Source: an uncultured Chloroflexia bacterium
Lineage (GTDB): Bacteria > Chloroflexota > Limnocylindria > Limnocylindrales > CSP1-4
DNA length: 64,000 nt
Direction of reading: 5' to 3'
Assembly (NCBI GenBank): GCA_963712745.1
Contig: CAVQJC010000015.1
Location: 128,001 to 192,000 of the forward strand
A program made the position numbers and the translations under genes. The notes under the pieces are model-generated. The model worked only from the letters and a program-made list of their open reading frames with translations, was not told the origin of the DNA and did no database searches. Each line of letters starts with the position of its first letter. Position 1 is the first letter of the stretch. Shown here in pieces: positions 59,954-64,000 of the stretch.

Positions 59954-61324
59954 ATGAGGAGGAGTCGAACGCTGGCCGCCGGGGCGACCGCGGCCCCCCT
60001 GTTCCTGCTGCCGGCGGCGCCGGCCAGCGCGCATGCCCTGCACGGCAATGTCGATGCACCCCTGCCCTTCGCGGTCTACCTGCTCGGCGCCGCGGCCGCG
60101 GTGGGCCTGTCCTTCGTCTTCGTATCCATCAGCGACGGCACACCCGTCCCCGAGCCCTCTCCCGGGCGAGTGCGCACCCTCTGGCGGCCGGCTCGCTGGC
60201 TGCTGCGACTGGTCGGGCTCGCGGCCTGGATCTGGGTCGTGGCGCAGACGGTGGCCGGGGGCACGAGCGACGCTGAAGTCGGCTCGTTGTTGCTGTGGGT
60301 CTTCGGCTGGGTCGGCCTGGCCCTGGTCAGCGCCCTGCTCGGCCCGGTGTGGGCCTGGCTGGACCCCTTCAGCACGCTCCACGACGTGCTCGCGGCGGTC
60401 ATCCGCCCCACCGGCATCCGGCTCGCGGGTCGGGCACCGTGGCACGGGCGCGTCGATGCCTGGCCGGCTGCCATCGGGCTCGGCTTCTTCGTCTGGCTCG
60501 AGCTGGCGGCCCGGGTCGGAGGCGGACGCGACCTCGGCTTCGTCCTCGTGGGCTACACGCTGGTAGCGCTGGGGGGTATGGCCTGGTACGGCAAGGAGCG
60601 CTGGCGGGGGCAGGGAGAGGTCTTCAGCGTCTGGTTCGGACTGCTCGGCCGGCTGGCTCCATACGGGCTGGTGGGACAGCCGGAACAGGGTCAGGTACAG
60701 CGGCGCGGCTTCGGCAGCGCCCTGGCCCGCGAGCGATGGTCGACCGCGTTGCTCTCCGTCGTGGCCATCGGCACGGGCTCGGTCATCTGGGACGGCATCA
60801 GCCAGACCCAGCCCTACTTCGACCTGGTCGGGGAGCGTCACTTCGTCACCCAGTCGTTGCTGCTGGTCGCCTTCCTCGCGCTGATGGTCGGGCTGGTGGT
60901 GGGGGTCGGACGCAAGATCGGCATGGCTGCCATGGGTGCGGGCCTGGTGCCGGTGACCGTGGGCTACCTCGTGGCCCACTACCTGACCTACCTGCTGACC
61001 GAGGGGCAGCGCATCGTGGTCGCCTTCTCGGATCCGCTGCAACAGGGCTGGGACCTCCTGGGCACGGGCTGGTTCGAACCGCGCGACGACTGGCTGCCGG
61101 CCTCGCTGGTCTGGACGCTGCAGGTCAGCGCGGTGGTGCTGGGCCACGTGGTGGGCGCCTGGCTGGGCCACTCGGCCATCCGCCGACGACGGAGCCACGG
61201 TGAGACCGTGAGCCAGTGGCCGCTGGCGGCGCTGATGATCGGCATGACCGTGGTCGCGCTGTGGTCGCTGGGGCAGAACCTCATGTTCGTAACGGGATCC
61301 GCGGACATGGTCGCCGGCAGGTGA
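59954..61324 (+). CDS. Multi-pass membrane protein of unknown function (resembles proteins annotated fenitrothion hydrolase)
   Basis: ASAH after the signal, WAWLDPF, FVWLEL, GYLVAHY, SDP..GWDLLGT, GHVVG. Confidence 0.7.
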   Translation: MRRSRTLAAGATAAPLFLLPAAPASAHALHGNVDAPLPFAVYLLGAAAAVGLSFVFVSISDGTPVPEPSPGRVRTLWRPARWLLRLVGLAAWIWVVAQTVAGGTSDAEVGSLLLWVFGWVGLALVSALLGPVWAWLDPFSTLHDVLAAVIRPTGIRLAGRAPWHGRVDAWPAAIGLGFFVWLELAARVGGGRDLGFVLVGYTLVALGGMAWYGKERWRGQGEVFSVWFGLLGRLAPYGLVGQPEQGQVQRRGFGSALARERWSTALLSVVAIGTGSVIWDGISQTQPYFDLVGERHFVTQSLLLVAFLALMVGLVVGVGRKIGMAAMGAGLVPVTVGYLVAHYLTYLLTEGQRIVVAFSDPLQQGWDLLGTGWFEPRDDWLPASLVWTLQVSAVVLGHVVGAWLGHSAIRRRRSHGETVSQWPLAALMIGMTVVALWSLGQNLMFVTGSADMVAGR

Positions 61325-62232
61325 CCCCCAGCCCGGACATCGACGCGGTCGTCCGTCTCGACTTCGAGGTCGATCCGGCATCGACCCTGGGCGAGCTACG
61401 ACACGGCCCCGGCGACCCCACCATCCGCTTCGAAGGAACCGTGGTCTGGCGTGCGCTGCGCACCAGCGAGGGGCCGGCCACCACGCGCATCTCAGCCGCT
61501 GCCGACGGCTGGCGGGTGGCGGCCTGGGGACCGGGTGCGGAGGCCGCCCTGGCCGCGGTCCCGCGCCTGCTCGGCGCGGCGGATGATCCCGCTGCGCTGG
61601 AGCTGCCTCCCGGACGTTTGCGTGACCTGGCGGCGAGGTTCCAGGGCATGCGTTTCGGCCGCACCGATGCGGTCTGGCCCTCGCTGCTGCCGGCCATCTG
61701 CGGCCAGAAGGTCACGTCCGCGCAGGCACATCGTGCCTACTTCGGCATCCTCAGCCGCTTCGGTGTTGATGCTCCCGGGCCGGGTCGCCTGCGTCTTCCG
61801 CCCATGCCCAGCGTGATCGCCGCCCTGCCCTATTTCGAGCTGCACCCCGTGGGACTCGAGCAGCGACGGGCGCTGACGCTCATCCGGGCCGCTCGGCAGG
61901 CGACCGCGCTGGAGGAGGCCACCTTGATGGCACCCGGCGCCGCGCTGGCCCGCCTGCGATCGGTCGCGGGCATCGGGCCGTGGACCGCGGCCGAGGTAGC
62001 ACGCAGTGCCTTCGGTGACCCCGACGCGGTCAGCCTCGGCGACTTCCACATCCCCAACATGGTCTGCTGGGCCCTCGCGAGCGAGCCCCGAGGCGATGAC
62101 GCACGCATGCTCGAGCTGCTCGAGCCCTACCGTGGGCAGCGGGCGCGCGTGGTGCGCATCCTCGAGCGCTCCGGCATCCGGGCACCACGATACGGGCCGC
62201 GTGCGCGGATCCAGCGCCTCGAGCGCATCTGA
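61321..62232 (+). CDS. AlkA-like DNA-3-methyladenine glycosylase (HhH-GPD)
   Basis: AICGQKVT, GIGPWTA, GDPDAVSLGDFH; GTGA overlap with the upstream gene. Confidence 0.85.
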   Translation: MTPSPDIDAVVRLDFEVDPASTLGELRHGPGDPTIRFEGTVVWRALRTSEGPATTRISAAADGWRVAAWGPGAEAALAAVPRLLGAADDPAALELPPGRLRDLAARFQGMRFGRTDAVWPSLLPAICGQKVTSAQAHRAYFGILSRFGVDAPGPGRLRLPPMPSVIAALPYFELHPVGLEQRRALTLIRAARQATALEEATLMAPGAALARLRSVAGIGPWTAAEVARSAFGDPDAVSLGDFHIPNMVCWALASEPRGDDARMLELLEPYRGQRARVVRILERSGIRAPRYGPRARIQRLERI

Positions 62233-62349
62233 CCCGGCGGCCTGGCGCTCGGGACCGCTAGGATCGGCCGGCCGCCGTGGGACCGCTATGATCCGGCGGC
62301 CTGGCGCTCGGGACCGCTATGGAATCTCCTGGCCGCCTTGGGACCGCTA
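62233..62349. repeat. About 30-bp degenerate tandem repeat with GGGACCGCTA core x4
   Basis: Cores at 62251, 62279, 62310 and 62340. Confidence 0.8.
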
Positions 62350-62412
62350 CCGATTCCCTGGCCCGCCAAGGCCGTCACTTTCGCTGGCCGTTCACAGCTT
62401 CGGATCCGGGGG

Positions 62413-62441
62413 TTGACATGGTTGTGAGTAGTCACTAACAT
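62413..62441 (+). promoter_or_regulatory. Sigma70 promoter with overlapping TetR operator 1
   Basis: TTGACA-17 bp-TAACAT, ATG 7 nt later; operator GTTGTGAGTAGTCACTAAC at 62421-62439. Confidence 0.8.
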
Positions 62442-62448
62442 CTCCGCC

Positions 62449-63030
62449 ATGACCACGGCCATCGCACCCCGACACACCGCCGACGAGCGACGCGAGGAGA
62501 TCCTCCGTGCGGCCATCGTTCGATTCGGCAAGACCGGGCTGCACGGCACGTCGACCGACGTCATCGCCCGCGATGTGGGCGTGTCGCAGCCCTACCTCTT
62601 CCGCCTGTTCGGTACCAAGAAAGAGCTCTTCATGGCGGCGGTGCGCTGGGGCTTCGACCACACCGTCGAAGCATTCCGGGTCGCCGGCGAGGCGGCAGTC
62701 GATGAGCACGATGCGTTCCGGCGCATCGGGCAGGCGTATGAGGCACTCATCAGCGACCGCAGCTATCTCGGCATCCAGCTCCAGGCCTACGCGGCCACGG
62801 ATGATCCTGAGATCCGGGCCGTGGTCGAGGAGAGCTTCGGCCGTCTGGTCAATGAGATCGTCCGCCACACCCAGGCCACGCCGGCACAGCTGGCGGCATT
62901 CCTGGGCCGCGGCATGCTCATGAACGTCGCGGTGTCCATGGGTGTGCTCGAGGCCAGGACGGCCTGGGCCGGCCTGGTGCGCGACGGCTGTATCGGAGGC
63001 TTCAAGGAGGTCCACGAGCAGTTCGAGTAG
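62449..63030 (+). CDS. TetR/AcrR family transcriptional regulator
   Basis: RREEILRAA..FG..GLHGTST..IARDVGVSQPYLFRLFGTKKEL. Confidence 0.95.
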   Translation: MTTAIAPRHTADERREEILRAAIVRFGKTGLHGTSTDVIARDVGVSQPYLFRLFGTKKELFMAAVRWGFDHTVEAFRVAGEAAVDEHDAFRRIGQAYEALISDRSYLGIQLQAYAATDDPEIRAVVEESFGRLVNEIVRHTQATPAQLAAFLGRGMLMNVAVSMGVLEARTAWAGLVRDGCIGGFKEVHEQFE

Positions 63031-63060
63031 TCGCCTGGACCCCCTTCTTTGACCACTGAA

Positions 63061-63079
63061 GTTAGTGAGCACTCACTAC
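63061..63079. promoter_or_regulatory. TetR operator 2
   Basis: GTTAGTGAGCACTCACTAC, 16/19 identical to the reverse complement of operator 1. Confidence 0.7.
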
Positions 63080-63093
63080 ACGGGAGAAACACC

Positions 63094-63261
63094 ATGTCAG
63101 TACGAACACTCGCCCTCTGGACCGCCGTCGCGACCGGTGCCGCCCTCGTGGTGGCGACCCGCGGTGGTCACGACCAGCGCCGCGGCGGCGCGCAAAAGTG
63201 GGACGGCCGGGAACAGGAGCATCCGCACCGGCCACGCCGAAGCCGGGGCCGGCGCGGCTAG
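63094..63261 (+). CDS. Small 55-aa protein with an N-terminal hydrophobic segment
   Basis: GGGAG RBS, between operator 2 and the MFS gene. Confidence 0.4.
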   Translation: MSVRTLALWTAVATGAALVVATRGGHDQRRGGAQKWDGREQEHPHRPRRSRGRRG

Positions 63262-63308
63262 GGCCGCGCGCAGGCCACACCACACAACGGGGGAGAAGGA
63301 GAAGACCC

Positions 63309-64000
63309 GTGCAAGGTCGGAATCTTGCCATCTGGACGTTCGCCGTGACGTCGGTGGCACTGGTCATGGTCATGCTCGACAACCTCGTCGTCTCGACCGC
63401 TCTCAATGTCATCCGCCAGGAACTCGGCGCGACCATCGAGCAGCTGGAATGGACGGTCAACGCCTACACGCTGACCTTCGCCGTCTTCCTGCTGACCGGC
63501 GCCGCCCTGGGTGACCGCTTCGGGCGGCAGCGCATGTTCGTCATCGGCGTAGCCATCTTCACTGCCGCCTCCGCGCTTGCGGCCATGTCCACCAGCGTCG
63601 AGATGCTGCTGGTCGGGCGCATGGCCCAGGGTATCGGCGCAGCCATCGTCACGCCCCTGACCCTGACCCTCCTGAGCGCGGCGGTGCCGGCTGATCGTCG
63701 CGGCGTTGCCCTCGGTGCCTGGGGTGCGGTGGGTGGCGTCGCTATCGCCATCGGCCCGCTCGTTGGCGGCGCCATCGTCGAGGGCGTGGCCTGGAACTGG
63801 ATCTTCTGGGTCAACGTGCCCATCGGCATCGCGCTCATCCCGCTGGCCGTGTTCGGCCTGCGCGAGTCGTTCGGTCCCGACCGGCGGCTCGACATCCCGG
63901 GCCTGGCACTGGTCTCGGCCGGCCTCTTCGGCATCGTCTGGGCACTCGTCAACGGCAACTCCGAAGGCTGGACCAGCCCCGTCATCGTGGGTGCGTTCGC
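63309..64000 (+). CDS. DHA2 family MFS efflux transporter, 3'-truncated
   Basis: MLDNLVVSTAL, WTVNAYTL, GDRFGRQR, GPLVGG, WIFWVNVPIG. Confidence 0.93.
   Translation, partial: MQGRNLAIWTFAVTSVALVMVMLDNLVVSTALNVIRQELGATIEQLEWTVNAYTLTFAVFLLTGAALGDRFGRQRMFVIGVAIFTAASALAAMSTSVEMLLVGRMAQGIGAAIVTPLTLTLLSAAVPADRRGVALGAWGAVGGVAIAIGPLVGGAIVEGVAWNWIFWVNVPIGIALIPLAVFGLRESFGPDRRLDIPGLALVSAGLFGIVWALVNGNSEGWTSPVIVGAF

Noticed and set aside
62233-62349. CRISPR-like mini array
   Set aside because: The core is only 10 bp and the intervening segments resemble one another

Overview
High-GC (roughly 70%) bacterial chromosomal window. Gene content and many apparently leaderless genes fit a Chloroflexota- or Actinomycetota-like soil/sediment organism (inference only). 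Housekeeping blocks: glycogen metabolism (glgA, glgP), a fused homocysteine methyltransferase/MTHFR, sulfate activation and uptake (cysDN, TauE, YeiH, sbp-cysTWA), glutamate synthase gltBD, a Ca2+ ATPase and Na/Ca antiporter, NiSOD (sodN-sodX), ugd, an AlkA-like glycosylase and a TetR-MFS unit. The most striking region is an accessory island at about 30.0-40.3 kb. An ECF sigma factor is followed by a putative anti-sigma factor whose extracellular domain is homologous to four nearby small secreted proteins (motifs DPRASG, LxN..GAW.G.G, L.GE..Y.GL). Three of those four genes sit behind copies of a conserved 150-bp cassette, and a fourth cassette copy is truncated. The cassette holds a CRP/FNR-like GTGA-N6-TCAC site, a promoter-like element and a 75-nt structured RNA with compensatory stem changes that fits the c-di-GMP-II riboswitch architecture, possibly with an altered ligand pocket. 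Also seen: two kinds of MITE-like inverted-repeat elements, a candidate sulfur-regulon operator shared by cysDN and sbp, TetR operators, many short tandem duplications at gene ends, and several single-base frameshifts that may be assembly errors. No rRNA, tRNA, CRISPR array or transposase was recognised. All calls were made by eye, without database searches.
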